Of a stretch of 64,000 nucleotides of DNA, positions 1 through 13,800 are shown in pieces; position 1 is the first letter of the stretch; the number at the start of each line of letters is the position of its first letter. Origin of the DNA: Yuukianura sp. NJ FZ-2021 (Eukaryota); assembly GCA_046563655.1 (NCBI GenBank), contig CM102290.1, positions 1,488,001-1,552,000 on the forward strand, given 5' to 3'. The translations under genes were made by a program, and so were the position numbers. The notes under the pieces are model-generated. The model saw only the letters and a list, made by a program, of their open reading frames with translations, did no database searches and was not told where the DNA came from.

Positions 1-967
1 CCATCCTCTCACCCTGTCACTTTTCTCTTGGAAACTTTACAAGCTCTAGGCAACAACCAAGGTCTCGTCCATCCCTGAAGCCCCCAGTTACGCTTTGGCG
101 GTGGAACTTTGAGTTATCTTATTGTTACTCCATCGGAGAAAGCATAGAAAGCCAGTCTTAAGCCAAGAAGAAAGGATCATAATGAATGCATTTCACGTGG
201 TTCAGGACAAAACAGACTGCTTCAACGTACTAGCAGTAGATTCACAGTCACGCACCTGAGAAAGGATAGGGAATTAAAGACAGTGGGCGAAGAGGGAATG
301 AAGATAATTCATTGGCCAATACGGTATTCCAAGCAGCTCCTTTCACCAACTCTCTTAAGCCTAAACCCCCTACGACACAGAACAAAAGAGAAATCAGTAA
401 GGAAGATACATCTTCTCTAGAGAAAAGGTCAACTGCTCAACAACGCCCCCTGAACGGATAAATTTTAAAAATTATCTCAAAGATGCAAGCGGCTGCTCCG
501 GAAATGCTTGGAATTCTAACGTGTTTCTGCTTAATCTTATAGATTTAGCATTTTCAAATCCGAAAACTGTGAAGCGTAAATGAAGTTTTGCACTAATTTT
601 CAACAAACATAAAATTGTCGTCATTTTTCTCAGAAAATGAAGCGATGGGGCTCTGAATTTTCCTATCGGTGTCTGGAGAACTATTATCAAGTCCACCCTT
701 CTGCCATACTCTTTGTCCTGCTGGAAGACAGATGAGAATTGGTTTGAATCGCCTTGAAAATCCAATCCGGTTCTAAAATATTGTATTATCCAGGAAGATG
801 TGTTTGCCTCGAGTCAAGTACTTTGTGGAGGGAAGACAATCAGAAATTCATCAGGTTCCCCTCTGACATGTTTCAAGTGGAACTCTAAACTACCCGCCCT
901 CAACTTTCCCTTTGTTGTTGCACTTCTCAAACGTCTCATTCAACCACTTCCCTCTCTCAATTCAAAT

Positions 968-998
968 GAATTCAAACAAGCTTGAATTCAAACAAGCT
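968..998. repeat. Short tandem duplication GAATTCAAACAAGCT x2 (intronic)
   Basis: gaattcaaacaagctt gaattcaaacaagct, read directly. Confidence 0.75.
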
Positions 999-1638
999 CA
1001 ATTACTCTGACTTTCTTAGCAGGTTCACTAACTCATCCATTTCCAGACTTTTGGATCGCAGGGACAAGTCAGATCAGTTGGTTTGTTCTCAAAGGAGAAA
1101 GTGGTGGTTGTAATGAATTCGAGGAGGTCGGAGTCTTTGATTCGGGGATTGAAGAAGAAAGGAGGAACTCAGGATTCTGGAAGCAGAGGAGTAGAGACAA
1201 TAGAAGTGTAAATAAGGACCAAAGGGAACGTGACAGGAAGTCTCTGTTGCCTTCTGATCCAAAATGGAGCGTGAAGATTTAAGGGCCGAGTGCCTTGAGA
1301 TCCCTTGGCTCGTAGGCCTTTCTCCCGACGGCGGCTGAGGGTGGGTCTGGGAAACTTCAAAGTGTTGTCGACCAACGTTGGAATAAATTGTTTTGACTTA
1401 ATTTATAGTGAGGGCTGTTGGGCGAGGTTAGTGGGGCGAGGAGGGGAAAGAAACAATCTGTTTCAACGCGAGCATCACTGCCCCATTGATTTCAGCCCAA
1501 CAGCCAAACTGGTTCCAGGCACGTTGGCAGCGAAGCGACATGACTATGTACTTTCTCCATGCGAAAACACAGTTTCCTTGGGAGTGATCATGGCGGAACT
1601 GGGCGGGAGAATTAAAGTTCTTAAGAGTCACAACTTAC

Positions 1639-1867
1639 CTGCAGAGACAAAAGGCAACTTCGATGGCATGATTCTCCTGGACTGTACGGTAGAACTCCCG
1701 CAGCGCTCTCATGCAAGTCTCCTGTCGACATCGCGACGGGTCGCACCAACTGAGAATGCTCTGCAAAAGTTTGGAACAGGCAGCAGACTTGCGACAGTTT
1801 TGAAGAGCAGTGTAGCACGTCGTCTGAAGTGGGATCTTCACTTGATGGCGCTCAGTAGCTCCGCCTC
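1639..1867 (-). CDS. Gfrl: Gfrl-like coding exon 7 (most of GFRalpha domain 3)
   Basis: Acceptor cttttAG|GA; encodes GGGATERHQVKIPLQTTCYTALQNCRKSAACSKLLQSILSWCDPSRCRQETCMRALREFYRTVQENHAIEVAFCLCR; donor CAG|GTAAGT; 229 nt, phase 1-2. Confidence 0.9.
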
Positions 1868-4800
1868 CTAAAAGATGCACCCAAAATCAATTTGTCAACC
1901 TCAATACGCACATCTTTATCTTTGGAAGCTTGTGAATACACGCCATACTTTCACCTACGACCTCAGCCTATATTCTGCTACCCTAAACTAATAAATCATG
2001 CTCTTCCAATGGCTTTTGATAAAAAAAAAGTTGCTTGCGGTGTGAAGTTACGTTTTGCGTTAACCTTCATAGTCGTACGTTTGACATTTGTTTATGACAT
2101 TTGTTACGGAATTAACGCCAAGGGGTATATGCGTTAGAAATAAATTTATTTGGCAAAAACACACGAATTTCAAACTTTTGCGTCCTCGAAAAATTATTGC
2201 GACGAAAAGTTTCCATTTCTTTTACGAGGTTTCAACTTTTAATTCAAATTCATTCAAATTCAAATTCAAATTCAATTTTTAAAACTGTTACAAAATTTTT
2301 AAAAAGTTGGTTGTTGCTCTTTTTGTCTATTTTGTTGTTCTGTTTTCCTAGCCCTTTAGACCATTGGGTTCAAATGACCTTTGTTGAAATTCAAAAACCT
2401 TCAGGGGAAAGTAAACTGGAATTCAATTTAACGGGGGAAATATTTCCAAGGTGGAGAAAAGCCAATCAAGGTTGAGTGTCTTTTCCCTTCGGAGAGTCTT
2501 CACTCCCAAACTTAATTTAAACCTTATGTACTTGATTTTCGGTGTTGTGCATTAACGTTGAAAAAAAAGTGCGGGAGACACCCCTAGTTTATGTGTATTC
2601 AAATTACCGACGGTGCGAATGCTGGAGATGGTGGCAACTCCACCAGAGTGTCTCGGCTGCGGTCGGCTGCTGCTCTGGTCTCCGTCCGTTCGGCTCATGG
2701 TTGACTTGTGGGGTGGGGGTGGGGAGTTAACTGGCGGCATGAAGGGTGGTGGTTTGTTTTCCTGTTCGGCGTGGTTGCTGGCCGAGCCGAGAAGTGGAGT
2801 TTCGAGTTGCGAGTCGAGCGTGATGTCGGAGGGGTTGGATGCTGGTATGACTTGAACTGCAATTGAGCCAATTGAGCCAATTTGGGTAGCAAAGGAGCCT
2901 GGTGGAGGATAGGAGGCGTGATGAGAGACTGGTGTCGAGAGAGAGTCATCTACAAAGAAATGACTCTCGGTGCGGGCGGACTGGACAATTGACGGAGTGA
3001 CCTGACCTTTGCGGTGGTTGTGGGGCTGTTGGGCGTGGCTCGGCTGGAAGTGACGATGGAAGTGCGTGCCAGGTTTGGGGAAGAGCGTCGAGGGGTTGTA
3101 TGAGTAGTGCAATAGTAAGCCCCTTGCTCTTGGATTGTCTAAGGAATAGAGTGCTGAGGTCGTGCCATTGAAATCTAGTGCTGACTCGTAGGCTGTGAAT
3201 TCAAAATCATTCAGGACAAAATGTGCAAGTGAGTGCTCAAAGTGCTCAGAAAAGAACAAATTTTGAGGGCTTAAATTAAAATGTGCTGCTCAAAGGATGA
3301 ACGGAGAGCTACAGGAAGGAAACCAGGAAAAGCACAAGTGGACTTTAGTGCAACTGACCAAATTGAATCTTTTCGTTTTTTTTTTAAAGTTGACTTTTTT
3401 TAAACCAAGGCTTAACTGGTGGCACTGAGAATAATGTGGTGCGACTGAACGAATTCAATTTGGTCTGGATTTCTAGCGGAAGTTCTCGCTTTAAAAGTTT
3501 GCTGGGAAAGAGGATTCCTTTGGCCGTTTGGACAATTGGTGAAAAGTGTGCAATAAACGTGGGGTTCTTGTGCTCTCGTGGGAAATTAGATGAGATCGTG
3601 ATTGATTCCCATGGAAAAAGCAGGACGGGGACACATATTTCTGATCAGGAAATTTCCTAGTGGCGGGACTTTCTCTGGGCTTCGTTTTTTTAAACCTTAC
3701 CAACACATGGATTGTAGTTGACTTCCTTGAAGAGGCGTACACATCTTGCAACTCCGTTTGGACAGATGCAGCCGAACATAGGAGATAATCTCAATTTGGT
3801 CCATGCATTGTGACAGAGTTCCCTGCACAAAAGTCAACGGAATAAGGCTTTGAAGGTCAAATCAATTCCAAATGTGTCACTTCCAATTAAATAAACAACT
3901 CCAAATGCCCACAAAAATATGTCAGGAAATTATGGCGTAGATAAAAGTGCCGAGAGATTAAAAATTTAAACTTTTCTGTTTAGTAGAGTGTAACTTTTAA
4001 CTTTTCGCTCGCAAAAGAAAAAAAAATTCCGTCTCACCCATCATCCATTTTGCAGACTCCGCTTCCAGAGACGGGACAGTGCGTCTTGAAGTCTTTGTAA
4101 AGTTGATGGCACTTGGGCTGCTGTCTACAGACGTCCATGGCATAATCACAAGTCGGAAGAGCATCCACGGGATACGGATCTTTCTCTGGAATTTTAACAT
4201 CATGCGACTGAAATAAAGCATGTCGTAGTCTAAAATATTGCAACGTTTTGGTATAAAATATTGTCAAACACGTCGATTTGTAAATATTGCAAAAACTAAA
4301 GTGAGTTCCTTTTTTTATGTAGTACACCACCCTAAATTCATTTCCCTCCATTCAACCCCGCAGTACTTTCCCTTCTCAATACAAAATCTCATCTCCATGT
4401 CATCTTCTCCATCCCTCGGTCCTTGATTATCCCCACTCGAATATACTCCAGATCATCTCTCTTCCAGAACACAACAAGCCACAAATGGCTTTTAGGTTTT
4501 GAGCATAAACACAATGCTCAAGGAAAAAAAACGAACAAATCTGGCGGAACATTTGAAGAAGACGGGGGTAAAACGTGCTTGTGTGGCGGAAGTAAATGTA
4601 TTACGAAGAAACACATGCTCTCCTCTACATTTGTAACAAAAGGTAGAAATACTTAAATATAAGACAAGAAACCCATAGCCTTAAGACAGGCCCAAGAACT
4701 TTGTTGGAGATGTAGTGCTTCACGATGGCGGAAGCGGAAGGCTTTAGCATAAGCGTTTCCTTCTACAATAAAATACATCCGCCTTAGATACTTTATTCTC

Positions 4801-7800
4801 TGAATAAAAAAAAAAGTCAAATTTTCCGCGGGTTGAAGTCTTTTGCTGAAGACAAAGAAAAAAGTGAATGCTACTGCTGCAGCAGGAGAGAAGCAGGAAC
4901 CAACGTTTGGTTCGGAATCGTAAAATGAATTACGTTTAACCTCAGTCTGACTTATGAGCAGAATGCATATGCTCTTCAAGGGAAAGGTGTACGTTTTGTA
5001 AGGCAAATAAATGTGAGGTTCTGGACAGACCCTTAAGGATTTCTTCCTTACTTTCACAAAGGCGCATTTTGATTTTGTTCCTTCCTAGGACTGATCTTCA
5101 TGTTTTACAAATCCTGCACTATTCAAGGGCTGGAACATCCCCTCTAAAGTCTTGTGGACTTTCTCAATTTAAACGTAAGATGCGATGACAGGAAGATTTA
5201 TTGGTCTCTAATTTAAGTTTCCCTCGGTCTACAACCTCCTTCGCAGCGCTTTCAGTGACAAAATTCAAGTTGAGGCTAAGGGCCTACAAATTTCTGCCTC
5301 TTTTCGTGGTCAACCTGAGCCATGAATCATAAGGGACAGCTATTACGACATCTCAGCAAGATGCACGGTCAGACCTTAAGGGCTCTTAACCGAACGATTA
5401 TACATCAACAGCCTAAACTTCCGCAGAAACCATTTCATCACTTTAATTTTCATCGATTTTTATCAGAGTCCCCAACTCCCAGTAGAGATACAATTAGGCT
5501 GAACTTGAGAGAAAGCATCTAATGTTCATGCATGTTCTCATTAGGCTGAACTAGTGTTAGGTAATCACAGTTGGTGTAAATCATTGTAGGCTAACGACTT
5601 GTACTCGATTAAAATCAGCGTGGTGTTTAAGATATACGGTAGGAAGTGGCGTTTTGGGAGGAAGTGGAAAGTGGTTTGTGCTATTTCTTAAGTACCTCCG
5701 TCGTTGTGTGGAGTTTTAGAGGGATACTTAATAGGTTGAGTTACACTACATAGGGCCATTACCCTATTTTAAAAGACTTCCTCCTGTCTTCGACTCAAGA
5801 ATTATTTGTGCTGAACTCACCTTGTGCAGCAAAAGAGAGGGAAAGTGCGGAGTGCAGGGGTTCCTGAGTCCCTTAAATTAAGGATTACTTCACCTCGACC
5901 ACATTACACAAGTCACACTTACCCTTCTCCAAGACGAATGCGCAGGGATGGTCAAAGAGGTATTCACGGAATGCGTTACAGGCTGGATCTGAACTCGGCT
6001 CTCGGCATAAGCAGGTCGGGAAGAAGTACGGAAATGCTTGCAGTGTCCGCAGAGCCGCTTGACACTTTGTAACAGTGAGCGTAGTACAGGCAACTGCAAA
6101 ACAAAAACCAAATTTTCAGCAACAACACATCTAACGTCTATTCAATAGTCCTAAATTATTATAGTTAGTCCAGAATTCAAGGACATGAGATAAGTTATAA
6201 TGCCTTGGCGGGGGTAAAAACTCGTGACATTTTCCAAACTTTTTTTTAGAATTCGAATTCTGCGCACTAAATCATTGAAGAACGTAAAAGTTGTGCTGAA
6301 AATGACCTTTTTTGTTTGCTTTTTCCTACGTCTGTGGAGGTGTTGGTTGGAATGGGAAATTAGTATCGTAGGAATTGAAAAGAAAAGATGAAAGGAGTGA
6401 GAATTAATGGCTGATTCTGAGGGAGAATAAGAGCCAATAATAATTAGACACGGATGGAAATGGAGAGGGAGGAAAGAATTTTTTTTCGGTTTTTCCCACT
6501 ACTTCTTATTGAAGAGAAAGCAGTCTGGAGAGAAAGTCTTTGTAGAGAGGGTGCGGGAGTGAGAGTGAGACGTGAAATGGCAGTTCCCATCATAAAAGCG
6601 TGACAGATGTGGTGATATACTTCCATTGTGCTAAAATATCGCATTGTTCTCCCATTAAGATCCCATTAGTAGGGAAAACTCCGTCTCTCTTGTTCCAGGA
6701 TTTTTTGGACTCTTATACTTGTAAGACCGAACGAACGCCGTGATGATCGTCCTGGATATAAGTCATTGGATGGAGAAAGCACAAGAAAGTCTCTCTGGTC
6801 CCGTAGAGAATTTAAAGTTAAGTCTCGCCACTTCTTTTTCTAAAGTTCCCTCACATTATTCTTTTTTTTTCTAGAAAAAAAAATAGACCGAAGCGAAGGA
6901 AAAGAAATCGCTAGAGTCTACAAGTCCTTTCTATACACAATTTTCCGTGGTTCCCTCACTTTGGCTTTCTCTAGATTTTCTTTGGCGTTCTACAGGGGAA
7001 AAAAAGTCGCTAAATTAAATATTGTCGAGCACAATCTGCATGGTCGTGTGATATATGATCCTCCTTTTCCTTTTAGAAACGATAAAGAACTCACACCAGC
7101 AACAGCCAACGGTTCTAAAAGAACTGCCTTTTCTATTTTTTTTTTAGAAAACCACAACGAAAACCTTACACACAATGTTGGCGCGAGGAAATTTTCTTCG
7201 AAGAAATTTAGGATATAAAGGACAATAATACAAAAAAAAAGGACTCCAAATGCATCTCTCAAGAACTTCGTACAATTCAGAATGCCCAGCCCCTAAAGTA
7301 CACGCACCGCAAAACTTTTTTTTGAATGCTTTCTCCCGCTCAATTTTTGTGTGTGTGGAAAGAGTCCTCTTGGAAGCCACTTCATTTTCCAGAGGAGTTG
7401 CCAAAGAACTTTGACAGTTCCTGGTACCAAATCCGACTTCACCATAATGAGCTCAAACCCTCAAAATTCATTTTTTGATATAAATTTTGAATTTTTTTTC
7501 CAGTTTTTTTTTGGGTAAGTACATACTTTATCGTCGGTGATTCTTTGGTGAAACTTCGACAAGTCAAATATTCCCAGTTGGAGATTAACCTCCGGGTTCC
7601 ACTTTATTAAAATTGAATCAAAGTCATTTTAGTCTCAGTTTTTCTCCATCTAAGTATATTTCAAAAAAGTTTGCACAAAAATCTTAAACGTTAAAAAGTT
7701 AATTTAGCCTACATGCAGAAAAACTAACTCTAACTTGTTTGAACATGTGCAATATGTTCCGGGAAACCATTTTGGTTCGCATGCAATTATGTGCACTGAA

Positions 7801-10800
7801 AAATGAGGAATGGTTCTTAGGCACATGCTTTAGCCTAACTTAAAGTAACATTTGCCTTAATAGTGTACACACCTCTATTAGTGGCATAATGGATTTGCTA
7901 AAGCAAAAACTTTATAAGAGTCGGAAGAGGGTTTGTGGACCTAACTCAATCCTGGTCGTAACTTTGGTTGTCGCTCAATCGCTGTATTTTGCTGCATATT
8001 GCGTGTTTGTTGCCCAAAACCTTATAAGTCGCCTGTCTGTATGTATAACACTGAAAAACTTTTCTCCGCACAAAAGTCTTAGCTCGCTCATATCTACAGC
8101 ATAATCGATATTTTTACACGATGTAGTATGGTAGAAAATTTAAAGTCCCTGTACAACATTTTTTATATTCATAAACAACGGTTGCATAAAAGGTTTTGGT
8201 TCTGCGCTTCAACAAAGTTTTTTTTCTAAACTTGGACTGAAATCTGTTGGTTGATTCAGCGTAAATAAATAGTTCATCCCTGCATTCCAAAAGTTTGCAA
8301 AACTAATTCATCATCTCTGAGATTCAAGTTTCCGCATCGTTTTGTTCCTCTCAACCAACACCTTCGATAGAGTGAAAACTTTTGGAAATCTCCCGGGTGA
8401 AAGTAAAAAAGAACCAAAGTTTATGTTTAACAGAGAAGCAGGAAACATACAAAACTACCTAAATTCAGACGCACAAATACCAAATTACTTAAAACAACAA
8501 GAAAGAAAGGGAACTGAAATCGACGAAAATTTGGAAATTCAATTTCCATTTTAGTTTACCTTTCGTTAAATAACAAGCTGGATATGAATCAAATCGAGAA
8601 ATGCTGAATGTTCGTCAGTGAAACTTGTCTAAAAAATTTTGAAGCCATAACATAAAAAACGGAGAGGCAGACACGAATAAAACCATATAATAAATGTGAA
8701 GTAAAAGTAACAAAAGCAGATGGTGGTGAGAAAAAGTATAGCACACTGTTAGAATCCGTTTGGAATAAAAGTTAATTTGATGCCTGGTAATGATGCGAAA
8801 GGAGGATGACGATAGGGAGGAATGTCTTTTTGAATGTTTGTTCATAAACTGGAGGAAGTTTGTTTTGTGTACACACACACACACTTGTGTGCATTGTGCA
8901 CTTGAGTCACCCAGTCTGTCTACTATCATCGCCTTCTACGAAGGACTTTTGTGTTGAACTTGTAAGCTCTGTTTGGCCTAATCTGTACGTTCGTAGAAGC
9001 TAACTTTCTCCAAGTGAAAAGGCAACATCCGGGGTGAAGGTCCTTGGAAGTTCCAAGGGTCTGCCGATAAAGGGCCTAATAGCCCACTTCCATGGAGCAC
9101 AAACTGCACAAAGTTTACCTTCCGCAGATTACTAAAAATTGGAGCATAGAGCCCATTGTGCTCTCCCTCTTAGGTTCCAGAATTGTTGGGATTTGCCGCT
9201 GGGTCCTTGTCAACTTCCGCCACAACTCCCCTTGCCTTTCTAAAAACCCATTTTCCCAGCCTCCAACAGAAGAGCGGAAATTAAGTCCCAAACATTGTGT
9301 GTAAGTTGGCTTAATCAGGGACTTATCTGTACCTGGACAGAGCCCTTTGCCTAGTCAAGTGACACTGCCGCTGGCGGTAGTTGGCGGTGAAGGACCCATT
9401 TCCACAAAATAATTGAGACTCAGTCTGCCTACACTATTCTGGGTGGGTGTTAATGATAAGGAGTTAAATAACTACCTACAAACTTACAAGGTCCTCAGAA
9501 GTAAACAACGGAAAAGGGGAAAGTCGGGGGGTGAAAGTTCATTCCTCTCTTAGATTTAGAAATTACGTCAATTAGAAATGTTTTTAAATATGCGCATGGT
9601 AGCTCAAAATCAATAGGAAAACGGTAGAAAAAATAGGAAAACAGTTTTCCCTCAATTTCTCAGTAAGTAACCCCAATTCTTACTTTTGTGAAATTATTTA
9701 CAAATTACTAGACTCCAAAATGTGTTACGAAAGACACAAACTTTTCCTGGTTTCCGTCAAAGTTGAGTCCCTAACCCCCCTCCACTATAATTTGGAGCTA
9801 GCCTAACCGCATTATTTCTCCCAAAATAACGGAGTATAATTCCAGAAGAAACAAAAGTTGTTTGGTTTTGGATCAACAATCATAATTTGCGGTATATATG
9901 TCAACCTCCTGTCCACTCTATCGAACAGTCTGGATTATAATCAGCTCTAGATTATTAAGTTAAAAAGTCTCCGGCATGCTCGATGGTTATTTCGGAGAAT
10001 AGAATGTTATAGTCGTGAGCGACTCGAAACCATGGGTCATGTCTATAAATAATTGAAAGGACTCTGGTAATTTAGTTGAGCAAACGCTATAAATATTGTG
10101 ATGCGAAGTCTATCATTGCGGTTTTTTGGAGTCTGGGCTGATTGAAATTTCATTGTAGTGCTATCATGCTTTTTGGTCGTTAGACCTTGGCTGGGACTCG
10201 GACTTGGACACTGGGGTTGTCTTGAAGCCGAAGAACCTTATTAGCCATAATGCTCCTCCATAATTGTTTCATTAGGTTCAGGAGAAGAGGAGTGGATACT
10301 TCTAATGTCAAATATTTTAAATATAACTGCCTCTTTCCCCGCCACTTTCACCATGAATTCAACACTGGAGGGGAAGAGCACTTCATCAAATCAAAAAGTT
10401 ATTCAATGTCCAGCATACAGCAAAGGTAGCAACTGCATTCGGACTTTCACCAAGTCGAAAGCAATGCACCCGAGCCATTTCCAGTTGAACCACACCTTGT
10501 TTTTTGTCTTTCAATGAAGCATGCTACTACTACTGGGGACTACTTTTTTTTTCAGCATGCGAACAGTTACCGGAAAGTTTCCAATACAAAGGCGATTCCA
10601 ATTATGGATTTTAGAGGTATGCCGGTTAAGCTAGTGTGGAAAAATGGGTTTATCCAAGTGGTTTTCATTTGAAGAAAATGCGTATAAATATTGAAGGTGA
10701 GGGAAAGCGTGCGGCATGGGAAGCGTTGGAGTGGCCTGGAATGGCTGGAATCACGAGGATGGATCAGACGGAAGGGGAGATTATGGGTTTGGTGTAGTGC

Positions 10801-13800
10801 TGGAGTGGTGGTGGGTTCTGTTCTGAGGTTAACGTGTCGACTTGACTCTATTTTATTATGTTTCCAAAGAGACTGGAGCAGTAGAAAGGAAGGTAGCCAG
10901 GGGCAGGAGAAAGTGGAGAAAGTGGACCTTAGGCTTTGCGTGATGAGAGCTGATAGGAGGTAGGGGAGTACGGCAAAGCACGCGCCAACCCAAGAATTAT
11001 ATTTTCCACCTTGTTCTTGCCTATGGAGACTTTCACTTCTGTCTACAACTCTAACAGAACGTTATTAAAGTCAAGGGATAAAGTATTCGTTTAGTTTCCA
11101 ATGCCCAGTTTTAATCAAAAACTCTAAATTTAATTTCAAATTTTGAAAATTAGGTAAGCCAAGATTTTCTATGAACAAAACTGATTTGACAGAATTTTGT
11201 TTACTCATTTTTTGATATTTTTTTGGGGTTTTAAAAGTACTCAAGAAAATGCTTTTTTGTTTTAATTTTTTAATGCTAACTTGGGTCAATTTGGGTTCAA
11301 ACTTATCGCTCCCACTCCCCGTGTCCAGAGTTGACCCAGATAGTCATCAGCAGCGGAGTCGGAAACGCAAAGGTCACGTGCCGATGTTTCATCAGATCAA
11401 AGTAGTGACCTGACTCACAACTGGAGAGAATTGAACTTCCATGATCTTGCATTTCCTTTGAGATGAAGGAGACACGCCGAAGTAGTGGAAGACGATAAGA
11501 ATTTCAATACAGAATTTTTTTTTCAGAGAAAGAAGTTTTGTAGGCATCGCGAAGATTTTGGAGTTCCGGACCTAAGGTCCTTTGCTGCTTTCATTTTCGG
11601 AATTGCTAAAACTTTTAATTTCTACTTGAAGGAATTGGAATCGCCTCCTCTCCAATTTTCTCCTTAGGGAAACCGTGTTAAGTTCCATTCCAAAGACGTT
11701 GAATGAGTAAAATTTTGCGTGTAAGTGCGAAAGTCATGGTGTAGTTTGTGTTGTAGTAGGGTACAGACGCAGGGACCTAATAAGCGGTTTCACCCTCAAA
11801 GTTTTGCTATTCCAGGCCTTGGACTCCAATTGTCAGCCATTTAAATGGGACTGTTCCACATGGAACCAAACAGAAACCATAAAGGTCACACAGCCTACAA
11901 CGCTGACATTTCCCAAAAACCGCCATTCTCAATCACACCAATCAAATGTTTCCTTCCATTTTTTAAAAGTCAACATAGACGCCGTGCCTGTGACCAGAGT
12001 TTACGCTCTGCCCTCAAAGTTTGCACGTTTTTTGTAAGGCGTTGGCACTTTCGGGATTTTCCAGCATGAAAAATAAAAATACAAACTTACCCTTCTCTGG
12101 GCCGCAAACACGAGGCACAATCTCCAGAATAGGGCTGCAGGCTGCGTTGTCTTGGCAGAAGTTTTGGGCTTGGATGCAGTTCATAATGGCCGCTGCAGTC
12201 TTTGTCTGTACTCCTGAACAAAGGAACAAGAACAACGTTTTGATTAGTTTCAAAGTACAACAAAGTTAACTTTTCTCTACCAACTAATGTACTACCCCGG
12301 AACTTCTGGATCATCTTCACCGAAACGCCGAACTTCTCAGATACCGTTAGGTTCACAACATAATTCCCTCCTTCTCATATTTCCAGACCCTCAATTTCTC
12401 AAAAACTTTGGAAAAGTGAGAAAGTTGAAAAGTCAGAACTCAGGAAAGCCAAGTAGGTGACAGAAGTAGGACTGACTAAAGGTAAGACACGGCGAAAAGA
12501 AGTATAAGGAAGCCCTCGGATCGTAAAATGCTGAAGTTGGAGCTCATCATAAGACACACGGCTCTGCCAGGATGAGTCTCAGAGTCCCTTTGGTATCAAT
12601 TCCCATCACTCCTCAATTCACTTGGTCCCTTACACCAGAGATCTTCTGGAAGGCTCATCCCACTTATTCCCACCGCTACGAACCTGTGCAGGAACGTTCG
12701 GGTGGGAACACAGGACCCACCAAGATTTTCAGAAGAACTTCCCATTTTACAAGTCCAACATCTTCAATTTTATCGCCTCTTCTCAATGCATCTTCACAAA
12801 GTCTCACTTTCTCCCAACTGCATCCTTCCCTCTGCCGCCTATTGATCTCCAGCAGGAAAAGAAAGTTTTGGCTACACTTTCCCTGTAGAAGTTTCAGGTG
12901 ATTCGGCAAAGGCTCTTACAACTTAAGTGGACGGATAAAAGGACTTCCATGTCTCTACCGAACATTCCAATTTTCTCAAAGTTGGAAACCTAAGGTTACT
13001 TGGACTTGCGACAAAGCGCCGCAAGGGAAAACTTACTATCATCCTCAACAGTTTGCGAATCTTTGACTTTTAGTGTTGCATAACTCAAAAATACTTTTTC
13101 TTCTTTCTCTTATACAAATTCAGCCCAACTTTCAAATACAGAAATTCAATACCGTTTAAAAGTTTTTTTTGTCGCTTCATGGTGCTTCACTCCAACTCAC
13201 CCTATAATTTCCGTCATAAATTATTTCAGAGTTTTCTATTGGGGTGATTTTGAAAGGCGTGAAGAAAAATCAATTAAAAAAACAAGACACCTTAATTTTG
13301 TCAATGTAATTGCTACGTCCTTTTCTCAATTCTCCCCAGGAATTATTTCCAGTTCAGTGAGGTACAGCAGATTATTTTTCAAAATTTAAAAATTGCTGAA
13401 CGATTCAACTTAGGTTAACCATAACCGCGAATTAGAATTCTCTTCACCCTAGCCTAACTTTTTATTCTTTTTTAGCCACAAAAAAGGAGTTGGAAAGACG
13501 AAGACGGTAAAGGTTGTTACGTTAAACTTTTTTTTTTGCGGTAAGGCGAATTGGAAACAGAGGCAGTTGAGCAGTAAGGTAAAAGTAGGAGTTTTGTTAG
13601 GTTGTGTAAAAGTTTGGATTTTGTTTTGAGAGTCATTAGGTTATCGATTGCATGAGACTGTTTTAATTTTTGCAGAAGATTTTCCTCGTGGGTTCTTCCG
13701 TTGTAGAACACAGACCACTTTTCTCTATCTTGTTGGGCCTCGTAGTGAGGTTAGGTAAAGGGAAGGTGAAAGTGAGGAGCAGGCGGAATGCCTTTTCATT

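Noticed and set aside
1428..1600. Next Gfrl exon immediately after exon 7
   Set aside because: Would need a ~39-nt intron, and the required frame stops after ~18 codons without the expected cysteines.
1305..1871. 188-aa plus-strand ORF
   Set aside because: Antisense shadow of exon 7 and its intron; no recognisable domain.
2552..3259. 235-aa ORF as a stand-alone gene
   Set aside because: It starts at a non-ATG codon and is better explained as an internal phase-compatible exon (3192-2608) of the Gfrl-like gene.
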